A DNA stretch of 64,000 bases from Candidatus Heimdallarchaeota archaeon (GTDB lineage: Archaea > Asgardarchaeota > Heimdallarchaeia > Heimdallarchaeales > Heimdallarchaeaceae): contig JAUVXV010000001.1 in NCBI GenBank assembly GCA_030603365.1, positions 64,001 to 128,000 of the forward strand, written 5' to 3'. This document shows, in pieces, positions 40,430-50,350 of this stretch. How positions within the stretch are numbered: the first letter of the stretch is position 1; every line of letters begins with the position of its first letter. The notes beneath the pieces were generated by a model. That model was not told where the DNA came from, did not search any database, and saw only the letters and a list, made by a program, of their open reading frames with translations. The position numbers and the translations under genes were made by a program.

Positions 40430-42907
40430 GTGACATCGGTGAGTGATTTCGTTCCGAAACTAACTGAAAAAACATATGATCCTCAGAAGCAAGATTTGAT
40501 GCTTTTCAAGAAGTGGCAAGAAGAGAAGATTTTTGCTTTTAACAAATCATCAGGTAAACCTATCTTTAGTATTGATACCCCCCCTCCTTATGCAAATGCT
40601 CCTTGGCATATGGGCGGTGCGATACATTATAGCCAAATAGATATGATCGCTCGTTACAAACGTATGGCAGGTTACGAAATTTTGTTCCCAATGTGTTTAG
40701 ACCGTAATGGTCTTCCCATTGAAGTACAAGCTGAAAAGAAATTCAAGATATCTATGCATGATGTCCCAAGAGAAGACTTCCTTAATATGTGCAGACAGTT
40801 ACTAGATGAGGTAGGTGATCAAATCCTTGATATTTGTAAAATATTAGGTTTCAGCAATAATTCTCTTGAATGGGACGAAATTTACAAGACTGATGAAGAA
40901 CAATATCGAACTCTAACCCAAAGCACATTCATAAAATTGTTCAAAGAAGGACAGATCTATGAGGATGATAGACCAAATAACTACTGCACTCGCTGTAAAA
41001 CTACTATCGCCGATAATGAAATTGATTACAAATCAGGATCTCATACGTTGTATGATATTAGATTCAAAGTGAAAGAAACTGGTGAGGATCTTATCATTTC
41101 AACCTCTAGGCCTGAATTAATACCTGCAATTGGTGTAGTAATATTCAATCCGAAAGATGAACGATACCAATATTTAGGTGGAAAAACTGTAATAACTCCT
41201 TTGTTTGAAGATGAAGTACCAATAATGGCTCATCATTATGCGCAAATGGAATACGGTACTGGAATAATGATGGTTTGCGCTTATGGTGATTCAAGTGATG
41301 TTCAAATCTTCAGAGAATTAAAACTAAATCCAAAAACAATAATTGATACATCTGGAAAAATTACTGATAAAGTTCCTGAGTATGCTGGTTTGAAGGTGAA
41401 GGAAGCTAAAAAAGAAATAGCTGATAAGCTTGAGGCAGAAGGATATGTAGTAGATAAGGCTGATGCACCACATAATTTTCCAATTTGTTCTCGTTGTAAA
41501 ACTCTAGTAGAATTCCTTGCAATGCCCGAATACTACTTGAAACAGGTCGAATATCTTCCTAAACTTCATGAATATGCACAAGAAATGGAATTCTTCCCAC
41601 CATTTATGAGACAAGTGTGGGTAGACTGGTTAAACACTGTTTCAATTGATTGGCCAATTAGTAGAAGACGTTATTACGGAACTGAGGTTCCTGTTTGGTA
41701 CTGCAAAAGCTGTAACCATCCTAATCTTCCAGAACCTGGCAATTATTATCAACCTTGGAAAAATGATCCTCCATTTGAATCCTGCCAAAAGTGTGATAGT
41801 TCTGATGGTTTCATAGGAGACTTAAGAACATTTGATACTTGGATGGATTCTTCTCTCAGTGAGATATATACCATTATGCATCCTCATAATAAGAAAGATG
41901 AAACCTTATTCAATGAATTAATTCAAAGACCATATATCTGTGATGTAAGACCATCTGCAAAGGATATAGTAAGAACTTGGCTTCACTATACAATGTTAAG
42001 GGGTTTACAATTATACAATAAACCAGCCTTCAATTGCGCTTGGATTTCAGGTTTTGTGGTTGATAGTAAAGGAGAAAAGTTATCTAAGAGTGCAGGATCA
42101 ACGATTAAACCAGAGAACATGATAGAAAAATATGGTGGAGATGCAGTAAGGTTTTATGGTGCCGCAGAAGCTAGTCATGGGTCTGATATACGTTTTAACC
42201 AACAGCGACTTCAAGGAATATCTAAATTTATAAATAAATTTTACAACATTGCAAAATTCCTCAGCCGTTTTCCTATTATTACAAACAAGTCGGAAATTTC
42301 TCTTCAACCAGCTGATGAATGGATTCTATCTGAATTAGCTAGAGTAGTGGAAGAAGCAAAATCAGGATATGAGATTTTTGATTTTCAGATTCCAGCAAAG
42401 TCCCTTAGAAACTTCACTTGGGAAACTTTTGCATCACATTATGTGGAGCTAGTTAAAGGAAGAGCTTACAATAGAAATAATTCCTATGAAGAACGAGAAC
42501 AAAAAGCTGCTTGGTACACTCTTCATAAGGTTATGAAGGAATTAACAATAGTATTCGCTCCGATTATTCCCTTTGTTACAGATTTAATTTATAGAGGTAT
42601 TTACGATAAGACAGTTCACTTAGAAAAATACCCAGAAGGAAAGGAAATTATCGACAAACAACAATATCTCGAAATAACACCAACTCTTCTAGATTTAAAC
42701 TCAGCAATCTGGAAATACAAGAAGAGTAAGCAATTACCCTTAAACACACCAATTGAACAAGTTTACATGCCAGAAATACTGTTTCCATTAGCAAAGGATT
42801 TAGCATCTATGCATGCAATTGAGACATTAGTTAAGGAAAAAGATGAGATGCCAGAAGGAGATATCATTAGTATTAATGAAACTGAGAATATTGTCATTAG
42901 AATATAA
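40430..42907 (+). CDS. valS: Valyl-tRNA synthetase
   Basis: IDTPPP, HMGG, GTG, DWPISRRR, DTWMDSS, KLSKS. Confidence 0.95.
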   Translation: MTSVSDFVPKLTEKTYDPQKQDLMLFKKWQEEKIFAFNKSSGKPIFSIDTPPPYANAPWHMGGAIHYSQIDMIARYKRMAGYEILFPMCLDRNGLPIEVQAEKKFKISMHDVPREDFLNMCRQLLDEVGDQILDICKILGFSNNSLEWDEIYKTDEEQYRTLTQSTFIKLFKEGQIYEDDRPNNYCTRCKTTIADNEIDYKSGSHTLYDIRFKVKETGEDLIISTSRPELIPAIGVVIFNPKDERYQYLGGKTVITPLFEDEVPIMAHHYAQMEYGTGIMMVCAYGDSSDVQIFRELKLNPKTIIDTSGKITDKVPEYAGLKVKEAKKEIADKLEAEGYVVDKADAPHNFPICSRCKTLVEFLAMPEYYLKQVEYLPKLHEYAQEMEFFPPFMRQVWVDWLNTVSIDWPISRRRYYGTEVPVWYCKSCNHPNLPEPGNYYQPWKNDPPFESCQKCDSSDGFIGDLRTFDTWMDSSLSEIYTIMHPHNKKDETLFNELIQRPYICDVRPSAKDIVRTWLHYTMLRGLQLYNKPAFNCAWISGFVVDSKGEKLSKSAGSTIKPENMIEKYGGDAVRFYGAAEASHGSDIRFNQQRLQGISKFINKFYNIAKFLSRFPIITNKSEISLQPADEWILSELARVVEEAKSGYEIFDFQIPAKSLRNFTWETFASHYVELVKGRAYNRNNSYEEREQKAAWYTLHKVMKELTIVFAPIIPFVTDLIYRGIYDKTVHLEKYPEGKEIIDKQQYLEITPTLLDLNSAIWKYKKSKQLPLNTPIEQVYMPEILFPLAKDLASMHAIETLVKEKDEMPEGDIISINETENIVIRI

Positions 42908-42986
42908 TTTGAAGAAATACTCTCTTTCTATTCTTTTTAAGTCATTAAAGAAAACCATTTTAAATATCAAATAGTCGAATTTACTT

Positions 42987-43050
42987 GCTGGGTATTGAAG
43001 ATTACAATTTGTAATCGTTAATAAACCTTAAAAATTGTACTCATACCCGC
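42987..43050 (+). promoter_or_regulatory. Putative structured 5' leader of rpl22 operon
   Basis: GGGTAT/ATACCC and TACAATTT/AAATTGTA long stem; competing GATTACA/TGTAATC hairpin; TTTAAATA TATA box ~42959. Confidence 0.45.
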
Positions 43051-43092
43051 TATTGTAGTCAGTAGTAACAAGATGTAACAGGAGAATTAAGA

Positions 43093-43557
43093 TTGCCAAA
43101 ATATAAATATTCCATTCAAACAGATCCTGATAGGTCAGCAAAAGCCTCAGCACGAGAAATTGATATTAGTCGAAAGGCTGCTAGAGAAATATGCAATACA
43201 ATAAAAGGAATGACAATTCATCAGAGTATGGAATTTCTTGAGAGTGTTATTGCTAAAAAAATTGCTGTCCCCTATAGGCGACATAAAAGAAATGTTGGTC
43301 ATAAGAGTACAGTAATAGGTTGGGGTCCAGGAAGGTTTCCAGTTAAAGCTGCAAATGAAATTCTTAAAGTTGTAAAGAATCTTGAAAATAATGCTGAAAA
43401 CAACCAATTGCAACTGGATAGGTGTAAGATTACTCATGCTGTAACTTTACTAGGTTCGAAACAACAAGGGATTTTCCATAGAGCTCAAGGAAGATCGACA
43501 CCTAAAACAAGACAATTTGTTCATGTTGAGTTAGTAGCTGAAGTAGCTGAGATGTGA
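43093..43557 (+). CDS. rpl22: 50S ribosomal protein L22
   Basis: ISRKAAREIC, GRFPVKAA, RAQGR. Confidence 0.95.
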   Translation: MPKYKYSIQTDPDRSAKASAREIDISRKAAREICNTIKGMTIHQSMEFLESVIAKKIAVPYRRHKRNVGHKSTVIGWGPGRFPVKAANEILKVVKNLENNAENNQLQLDRCKITHAVTLLGSKQQGIFHRAQGRSTPKTRQFVHVELVAEVAEM

Positions 43558-44597
43558 TAGATATGCCCACTACAAAAGATTACTTAATTAAAAAATACCA
43601 AAAAAACGCTATAGATGAATTTCTAGCACTAGAATTAAAGAATGCAGAATACGGGGGAGTTGAATTAAGACGAACACCTCTTGGAGACCGTGTGATTCTT
43701 CGAGTGGGAAGAGTAGGTTTAGCAATAGGGGGAAGAGGGAGAAATATTCATAGAATTACAGATGCCTTGCGTGAAACTTATGGTCTTGATAATCCACAAA
43801 TTGAGGTCGCAGAAGTAGAAAATCCTGAAATTGATGCACGAATTATGGCTTTTCGATTAGCTTCTTCACTAGAAAGAGGTCGTCACTTCAGAAGAAGTGC
43901 TCACGGTATTATTAGACGTATTTTGGCTAGTGGGGCCAAAGGTGTTGAAATAAAGATTAGTGGAAAAATAACCAGCCAAAGATCAAGAGTCGAAACTTTT
44001 AGAGCTGGATTTGTTGCAAAAGCTGGAGATCCTGCTGATCGGTATGTGGATTTAGGTAAAGCTCAAGCTCTTATTAGACGAGGATTACTGGGAATTCAAG
44101 TTCGTATAATGCGTGGTGATGCAATTCTTCCCGACGACATTGAAATCGAAGCTGAACCAACTTCAACATCAATGATAGTTGATACAGGCCCAGAAGAACC
44201 AGAGATTGCTGAAGAAATTAGTGAAGAAGTCATTGATGAATTAGAGGAATACCCAGATATAGAAGAAGAGCTAGAACAAATAGCCGAAGAAGTTTCTTCG
44301 AAAACCAAGGCTGATGACGTATTACAAGAACTAGATGAAGTTGATAAAGCATCAAAAGCAAAACAAAAGAAAATATCGAAGAAAGTTGAGAAGGAACCAG
44401 AAACCTCAGAAACCAAAGTCAAAGAAACCAAGCCAAAAGAGACTAAAGTCAAAGAAACCAAGCCAAAAGAGACCAAAGTCAAAGAAACCAAGCCAAAAGA
44501 GACCAAAGTCAAAGAAACCAAGCCAAAAGAGACTAAAGCCACTAAATCTGAAGAAGTTAAAGAAACCAAATCAAAATCGAAAGCAAAAGAAGAGTAA
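43554..44597 (+). CDS. rps3: 30S ribosomal protein S3 with ~145-aa acidic/repeat C-terminal extension
   Basis: KH domain IGGRGRNI, LERG.HFRR, GAKGVEI.ISGK. Confidence 0.95.
   Translation: MIDMPTTKDYLIKKYQKNAIDEFLALELKNAEYGGVELRRTPLGDRVILRVGRVGLAIGGRGRNIHRITDALRETYGLDNPQIEVAEVENPEIDARIMAFRLASSLERGRHFRRSAHGIIRRILASGAKGVEIKISGKITSQRSRVETFRAGFVAKAGDPADRYVDLGKAQALIRRGLLGIQVRIMRGDAILPDDIEIEAEPTSTSMIVDTGPEEPEIAEEISEEVIDELEEYPDIEEELEQIAEEVSSKTKADDVLQELDEVDKASKAKQKKISKKVEKEPETSETKVKETKPKETKVKETKPKETKVKETKPKETKVKETKPKETKATKSEEVKETKSKSKAKEE
44409..44538 (+). repeat. 30-bp coding tandem repeat x~4.3 (ETKVKETKPK) in rps3
   Basis: GA(A/G)AC(C/T)AAAGTCAAAGAAACCAAGCCAAAA units. Confidence 0.95.
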
Positions 44598-44606
44598 GGT
44601 GTAAAA

Positions 44607-44810
44607 ATGGCATTAATCAGAAATAGCGAAATAAGAAAAATGAACAAAGATCAAAGACTTAGAAAGCTAGAAGAGTTTAAGAAAAAACTCTTTACTGTCA
44701 AATCTGAACTATCATCGGGAGGTTCTATTGAGAATCCCGGTCAGATTCAAGAATATAAAAAAGCCATTGCAAGGATCAAGACAATTATGGTTGAGTTAGA
44801 TGAAATTTAA
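44607..44810 (+). CDS. rpl29: 50S ribosomal protein L29
   Basis: EIRKM...ENPG.I...KK.IARIKT. Confidence 0.93.
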   Translation: MALIRNSEIRKMNKDQRLRKLEEFKKKLFTVKSELSSGGSIENPGQIQEYKKAIARIKTIMVELDEI

Positions 44811-45118
44811 TGTCAAATAAAAATAAGAAAGATTGTAAAAAAGCTTCAGTTTGGAAGCAACTTACTTTGTCTTTGATAGGTTTGAAAGTTTGGATTGTAA
44901 AAAGTTCTTCAAAAGACTTGGAGGGAATAAAGGGTATTATTAGGGATGAAACCCATAATTTACTTAAAATTGAAACAAAAAACAAACTTTTGTCAATACC
45001 AAAATCCCATCAAATTTTTACGATAGAAATCAAGGATGGATCAAAGTTATTAGTTGATGGTCAACTTCTAGTTGGTAATCCTGAGAACAGAATTAAGAAA
45101 AAAATAAGAAACTGGTAG
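44810..45118 (+). CDS. rnp1: RNase P protein subunit 1 (Rpp29)
   Basis: LIGL.V....G.I.DET.N.L.I...PK...F...G.LL...PE.R. Confidence 0.9.
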   Translation: MSNKNKKDCKKASVWKQLTLSLIGLKVWIVKSSSKDLEGIKGIIRDETHNLLKIETKNKLLSIPKSHQIFTIEIKDGSKLLVDGQLLVGNPENRIKKKIRNW

Positions 45119-45248
45119 AATCAAACTGATTTAGATTTTCAGTTTTTATAAGCGGAACTTATTGTTTACAAAATACTTCACTATAAAAAATATTAAAAAG
45201 ATATAAGTTTGCAGAAACTTGAAACATATTCGTATAGAATACAGATTC

Positions 45249-45354
45249 GTACAGGTAATTGACGTCTTACTTCAAAATAATTTGAAGCTATGATTGCTTT
45301 CCTTGGTTTTCAAAACGAGGAAATGCATGGGTATAAGACGCTGTACCGAGGTGA
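45249..45354 (+). promoter_or_regulatory. Putative multi-helix RNA leader upstream of rps17
   Basis: Nested stems GTACAG/CTGTAC, CGTCTTA/TAAGACG, CTTCAAA/TTTGAAG, TTTCCT/AGGAAA ending immediately before SD GAGGTGA. Confidence 0.65.
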
Positions 45355-45360
45355 AAAAAA

Positions 45361-45693
45361 ATGAGTAAAGTAAGGAATATAGGTATTCCCGGTGTTGAAC
45401 CACCTTCTACTGAGTGTGATGATATAAGATGTCCTTTTCATGGAAGTCTTCCTGTAAGAGGAAGAATATTCACAGGAAAGGTGGTTTCTGACAAAATGAG
45501 AAGAACTGTTGTTATTAGACGAGATTATCTGAAGTATGTTAAAAAATACCGAAGATACGAACGTGCTCATGGGAAAATTTCTGCTCACAATCCTCCTTGT
45601 TTGAACGTAAAAGAAGGAGATATAGTTGTGGCAGCAGAGTGTAGGCCACTAGCTAAGACTGTAGGTTTTGTCGTGGTTCAGAAAGTAAGTTAA
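45361..45693 (+). CDS. rps17: 30S ribosomal protein S17
   Basis: [23 protein letters not shown]. Confidence 0.96.
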   Translation: MSKVRNIGIPGVEPPSTECDDIRCPFHGSLPVRGRIFTGKVVSDKMRRTVVIRRDYLKYVKKYRRYERAHGKISAHNPPCLNVKEGDIVVAAECRPLAKTVGFVVVQKVS

Positions 45694-45702
45694 GGTGATC
45701 AA

Positions 45703-46119
45703 ATGGCAAAGAGAAAAGTTATTGGTAGACCCCAAGTACATATTTCCAAAGGGTTAATAGTTGGTTCTAAAATAAAGAGCGCAGATAATTCTGGAGCACG
45801 CATTGTACAAATTATAGCTGTTAAGAACTACAGAGGTAGACTTAATCGAATTCCCAAAGCATCAGTTGCAGATATGGTAATAGTATCTGTTAAACAAGGA
45901 ACTCCACAGAGAAGAAAACAAATTTTTCCTGCTGTGATTGTAAGACAAAAACTAGCTTTTCGTCGTAGATCGGGCGATTGGATCCAGTTTGAAGAGAATG
46001 CAGTAGTTTTGACAAATGAAGTAGGTGACCCATTAGGGAGTGAAATTCGAGGTCCAGTAGCTAAAGAAGCAGCTGAAAGATGGCCAAGAATCGCACATCA
46101 AGCTTCGATAATAGTGTAG
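45703..46119 (+). CDS. rpl14: 50S ribosomal protein L14
   Basis: ADNSGA, FEENA.V, GPVAKEAAERWP. Confidence 0.96.
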   Translation: MAKRKVIGRPQVHISKGLIVGSKIKSADNSGARIVQIIAVKNYRGRLNRIPKASVADMVIVSVKQGTPQRRKQIFPAVIVRQKLAFRRRSGDWIQFEENAVVLTNEVGDPLGSEIRGPVAKEAAERWPRIAHQASIIV

Positions 46120-46695
46120 GTGAAAATGATGAAACAAACACAATCAAAACAACCTCGAAAACAGAGAAAAAGCCATTTTAAAGCTGATTATCATCTGAGG
46201 AATCGAAAAATGACTGCACTTCTATCTCATTCCTTGAGAGAAAAATATGGTATCAAACGTCTCCCTATTCATAAAGACGATAAAGTGATAGTTTACAAAA
46301 ATGTATCAAAAGATGAGGAAATCAAGGGAAAAGTGATACGAGTTATTCCCCAGAGATTTTCTATTCATGTTGAAGGACACAGTAAAGAAAAAGCTGATGG
46401 TACAATTGTTAGTTTTCCAGTTCATCCAAGTAATATTGTTATTACAGCTCTAAATCTTAGAGATAAGAAAAGACGTGAGATAATTAAAAGACGTTCAGGA
46501 AAAGAAATCACAGAAGAAGAGCTAACAGAAGGAATTTTCGATGATGAGGAAGAACTCGAAGAAGAGCTTGAAGCTGATGATGCTTTAGAAAGTGAAGATT
46601 TACTAGATGAAGAATTTGAAGAAATAGAACTGGATGAACCCGAGGAAGAACTCAAAGAAGAATCCGAAGTTGAACAAGAGGAGGAATCATCATGA
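46120..46695 (+). CDS. rpl24: 50S ribosomal protein L24 with acidic C-terminal tail
   Basis: SKQPRKQRK, LREKYG, HPSN. Confidence 0.95.
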   Translation: MKMMKQTQSKQPRKQRKSHFKADYHLRNRKMTALLSHSLREKYGIKRLPIHKDDKVIVYKNVSKDEEIKGKVIRVIPQRFSIHVEGHSKEKADGTIVSFPVHPSNIVITALNLRDKKRREIIKRRSGKEITEEELTEGIFDDEEELEEELEADDALESEDLLDEEFEEIELDEPEEELKEESEVEQEEESS

Positions 46696-47438
46696 CAAAG
46701 GGTGGAGGAAAACGACACTTAAAACGATATGTTGTTTCTAAACACATTCCAATCCATAAAAAAGCTTTCACATTTACAGTAAGACCAGCTCCTGGTCCTC
46801 ATTCAGCAGATGACAGTATCCCTGTAGCAATTTTGCTCAGAGATATGTTTCAATATGCACGAAATATGAGTGAAGTTAAACGAATTTTATTTGAGAGAAA
46901 TGTGGTAATTGATGGTAAAGTAAAAATCAACAGAAAGCATCCTCTAGGATTCATGGATGTTGTTTCTTTACCTAAAATGCAGAAACACTTCAGAATGGTT
47001 TATGCGCTTAAACAAGGATTAAGAGCTGTTCCAATTAAAGAAGCTGAAACAAAAGAAAAACTGTGTAAGATAAAAAACAAAACCGCAATAAAAGAAGGAC
47101 TGATACAGCTTAATCTACATGATGGAAGAAATATAGTTCTCAGTAAAGATGAAACTGCAAAATCTTCCTATTCAACCCATGATACCATAAAAATCTCTCT
47201 TCCTAATCAACAAATAATTGAAAAATATGAGTTGAAAGTTGGAAATTATGGCTTTGTAACTAGTGGTAGATGGATGGGTATGCACGGAACCATTGAAGAG
47301 ATTAGTACCCATGGTACTAACAAGACAAAAACAGTTACATTGAGTACTCCTGAAGGAGAACAATTAGTTACTCTTCTCAGATATATCTTCGTTGTAGGGA
47401 ACAAATCCCCAAGTGTAACTATTACTAGCGAGAAGTAG
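46692..47438 (+). CDS. rps4e: 30S ribosomal protein S4e
   Basis: HLKR, PGPH, LLRD, QLNLHDGRN. Confidence 0.96.
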   Translation: MTKGGGKRHLKRYVVSKHIPIHKKAFTFTVRPAPGPHSADDSIPVAILLRDMFQYARNMSEVKRILFERNVVIDGKVKINRKHPLGFMDVVSLPKMQKHFRMVYALKQGLRAVPIKEAETKEKLCKIKNKTAIKEGLIQLNLHDGRNIVLSKDETAKSSYSTHDTIKISLPNQQIIEKYELKVGNYGFVTSGRWMGMHGTIEEISTHGTNKTKTVTLSTPEGEQLVTLLRYIFVVGNKSPSVTITSEK

Positions 47439-47448
47439 GTGAAGAAGG

Positions 47449-48015
47449 ATGACAGAAGAAGTTATGGAAGAAGAACAATTTGTACCCCGATTCGCTGAAG
47501 AATGGGAAAAACACCCTATGAAAAAACCAAGATTAAAAGCTCTTATTGTAAATACTTGTGTTGGTGAATCTGGTCCTACATATGAAAGAGCAAAAAGTAT
47601 ACTCCGTCAAATCACAAATAGGGAACCAGTAGAAAAACCAGCAAAAGAATCTATAAGGGGATTTGGAATTCGTAAAGGAGAACCCATCGCTGCAGTAGTG
47701 ACTATACGAGGAGAAGAAGCACAAACCTTGCTCAGAAGATTTCTATATGCTTATGATTATGAAATCAAATCAAGTTCTTTCGATCAACAAGGAAACTTTG
47801 CTTTTGGAATTACTGAACACGTTGATATTGAAGACGCTCCTTTTGATCCAATGCTAGGAACAATTGGTTTCAATGTAGTCGTAAAGATTGAGAGACCAGG
47901 ATACAGAGTAAAATATAGGCAAAGAAAGAGACAAAAACTCCCTAAGAAACATTTTGTATCTCCTGAAGAAGCAATGGAGTTTGTGACAACTGAATTTGAT
48001 ATTAAGGTTATTTAG
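47449..48015 (+). CDS. rpl5: 50S ribosomal protein L5
   Basis: FGIRKGEPI...VTIRG, SFD..GNF.FGI.EH. Confidence 0.96.
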   Translation: MTEEVMEEEQFVPRFAEEWEKHPMKKPRLKALIVNTCVGESGPTYERAKSILRQITNREPVEKPAKESIRGFGIRKGEPIAAVVTIRGEEAQTLLRRFLYAYDYEIKSSSFDQQGNFAFGITEHVDIEDAPFDPMLGTIGFNVVVKIERPGYRVKYRQRKRQKLPKKHFVSPEEAMEFVTTEFDIKVI

Positions 48016-48024
48016 GTGACGGAA

Positions 48025-48192
48025 ATGCAGATAAAACGAGAAATCAAATATGGAAAAGGATCAAGAACATGCAGACGTTGTGGAACTCATAAAGCTATCA
48101 TTAGGAGAGGAGGTCTATTTGTTTGCCGCCGCTGCATAAGAGAGATTTATTCAAATATCGGCTTCAAAAAGACAGGAAGTCGTGGAGGATAG
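48025..48192 (+). CDS. rps14: 30S ribosomal protein S14 (Zn-binding)
   Basis: Manual translation [20 protein letters not shown]...CRRCIRE...GFKK; below ORF-track cutoff. Confidence 0.93.
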   Translation: MQIKREIKYGKGSRTCRRCGTHKAIIRRGGLFVCRRCIREIYSNIGFKKTGSRGG

Positions 48193-48196
48193 AAAA

Positions 48197-48586
48197 ATGC
48201 AAATGGATACTCTAGCAGATACAATGTCTGCTATACTAAATGCAGAGAAAACAGGTAAAAAGACCGTCACTGTTAAACCAGCAAGTAAGATGATTGCAAA
48301 TGTTCTAAGAACAGCTCAACGAGCAGGTTATCTTGGAGAACTCGAATACATCGAAAATAATCGCGGTGGAATGTTCGAGATTCAATTGTTGGGACGTATC
48401 AATAAATGTGGTGTTATTAAACCTCGTTTTCCAGTGAAAAAAGATCATCTAGAAGACGAAGAAAGAAAGTTTCTACCCGCAAGAGGTTTTGGAATTCTCA
48501 TAATGACAACTCCTGAAGGCGTGATGACCCATGAAGATGCTAAAGAAAAAGCAATAGGTGGTCGTCTAGTGGCCTATATATATTAA
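48197..48586 (+). CDS. rps8: 30S ribosomal protein S8
   Basis: D.LAD, PASK, GRINKCGVIKPRF, GG.L.AY.Y. Confidence 0.96.
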   Translation: MQMDTLADTMSAILNAEKTGKKTVTVKPASKMIANVLRTAQRAGYLGELEYIENNRGGMFEIQLLGRINKCGVIKPRFPVKKDHLEDEERKFLPARGFGILIMTTPEGVMTHEDAKEKAIGGRLVAYIY

Positions 48587-48597
48587 GGTGATATGTA

Positions 48598-49149
48598 ATG
48601 AAGCAACTCTATGTAGAAGCAGCAATTGATATTCCTGAAGAATTGAAATTAAACATAAAAGACAAAGTTGTTACAGTAGAAGGACCTAAAGGAACTCTAA
48701 TTAGAAACTTTGAAAATGTTGATTTTGAAATAAACAAAAAAGGGAAAAAGGTCAATATTAAAGCCTATTACATCAATAAAAAGCGAAAAGCAGCTACTCT
48801 TGCTGTTGTGGGTTATATCAATAATATGATTAAAGGCGTGTCACAAGGGTATGTCTATAAATCAAAAATAATCTTTAGTCACTTTCCTATAACAGTTGAA
48901 CCAGATAACAAAAAGAAAATTGTAACTATCAAGAACCTTTATGGTGGAAGGAAAAACATTATTGTAAGAATTATGGGTCAAGAAACCAAAGTTTCTATAG
49001 ATAAGGACGATGTAATTATTGAAGGAATTGACAAAGAAGCTGTTGGTCAAACTACAGCAAACATGCAAGAAGCTTGCAGATTGCGTGGTAAGAGAAAGAA
49101 AGATCCTGAAACTTTTATGGATGGCGTATGGTTGTGGCATAAAGAATAG
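48598..49149 (+). CDS. rpl6: 50S ribosomal protein L6
   Basis: VEGPKG, NMIKGV, SHFP, KD...F.DG. Confidence 0.95.
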   Translation: MKQLYVEAAIDIPEELKLNIKDKVVTVEGPKGTLIRNFENVDFEINKKGKKVNIKAYYINKKRKAATLAVVGYINNMIKGVSQGYVYKSKIIFSHFPITVEPDNKKKIVTIKNLYGGRKNIIVRIMGQETKVSIDKDDVIIEGIDKEAVGQTTANMQEACRLRGKRKKDPETFMDGVWLWHKE

Positions 49150-49312
49150 CCACATCTATTTTTATTTTTTATTTCGAATTAACTCTATTTCATAGTGCTG
49201 TTTCTTGAAAATTAATACATCTAAATCATTTTCACAATTTCTTAACAATAAAAAGTATTAAAAACTCAAGAAGGAAGGTAGCGTACATTACAAAGGTAAC
49301 ATTCTACTGTGA

Positions 49313-49849
49313 GTGCCTATGACAATCAATAAAAAGAAATTATTGGAAAAACGAAAAAAAATCAATGCTCGTAGACCAAAGTTTGTACGTCAAGAAAGTT
49401 GGCGATACAACCGTGTCAAAAAGAGTTGGCGTAAGCCAAAGGGTATTGATAATAAAATGTTGGAAAAGCGAAGAGGTTACCCTTCGATGGTTAGCATCGG
49501 TTATAGGGGACCTAAAGCTGTCAGAGGTCTACATCCTTCGGGTTATCAGGTAGTTCATGTTGCAAATATCTACGAACTTGACGAAGTAGATAAAGAAAAC
49601 GAAGCAATTATTATTAAGCACACTGTAGGTGCTCGAAAACGGCAGACTATTATAGACACTGCGTCCGATTTGGGGCTTAAAGTACTTAATCCTCCTTCTC
49701 GAGTAGAAGAATTTGGTGAAGTACTCGAAGAAGGTTTGCTTGAAGAAGAATATGAACTCCTTGATGATGAATTCGAACTCGATGAAGAGATCGAAATGGA
49801 TGAAGACCTAGAATCAGATGAAGACCTAGAGGAGGAATCTTCATCATAA
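49313..49849 (+). CDS. rpl32e: 50S ribosomal protein L32e with acidic tail
   Basis: F.RQE, WRKPKGIDNK, RGLHPSG. Confidence 0.95.
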   Translation: MPMTINKKKLLEKRKKINARRPKFVRQESWRYNRVKKSWRKPKGIDNKMLEKRRGYPSMVSIGYRGPKAVRGLHPSGYQVVHVANIYELDEVDKENEAIIIKHTVGARKRQTIIDTASDLGLKVLNPPSRVEEFGEVLEEGLLEEEYELLDDEFELDEEIEMDEDLESDEDLEEESSS

Positions 49850-49867
49850 AGAAAACTGAAGTGAGGT

Positions 49868-50338
49868 TTGATTATGGACGTTAAAACCCAAAGAAGAATC
49901 GCTGCTAAGGTTCTAAAGGTTGGAGTCAACCGTGTAAAGATTGATCCAGATAGCTTACCTGATGTTGCTTTGGCTATTACAAGAGAAGATGTTAGACGTC
50001 ATATTGATGACGGTGATATCGGAAAACGTAAAATCAAAGGAATAAGCAGAGGTAGAGCAAAAGCTGTAGCAGCCAAAAAGAAAAAAGGACAAAGAATCGG
50101 ACCCGGAAGTCGTAAAGGACCAAAATATTCTCGTTTGTCAAGTAAAGATAGATGGATAAACAAGATAAGAGCTCAAAGAAAATATCTGAAAGCACTTAGA
50201 GATGAAGGTTATATTGATACTATAAACTATAGAAAATTATATCTTCAATCAAAAGGTAGTCTTTTCCGTTCTGTTCGTTATCTTCGAAACTATATTGCTG
50301 AACATGGTTTAGCAAAGAAACGTCTTCCGGAATTGTGA
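49868..50338 (+). CDS. rpl19e: 50S ribosomal protein L19e
   Basis: QRRIAA, AITREDVR, G.GSRKG, W...IR.QR. Confidence 0.96.
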   Translation: MIMDVKTQRRIAAKVLKVGVNRVKIDPDSLPDVALAITREDVRRHIDDGDIGKRKIKGISRGRAKAVAAKKKKGQRIGPGSRKGPKYSRLSSKDRWINKIRAQRKYLKALRDEGYIDTINYRKLYLQSKGSLFRSVRYLRNYIAEHGLAKKRLPEL

Positions 50339-50350
50339 TGAGGTGTAAAT

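Noticed and set aside
44096-44647. Repetitive alternative-frame/antisense ORFs over rps3 (likewise 46422, 49570, 61079, 61096, 61639, 61671)
   Set aside because: Stop-free by-products of low-complexity coding repeats
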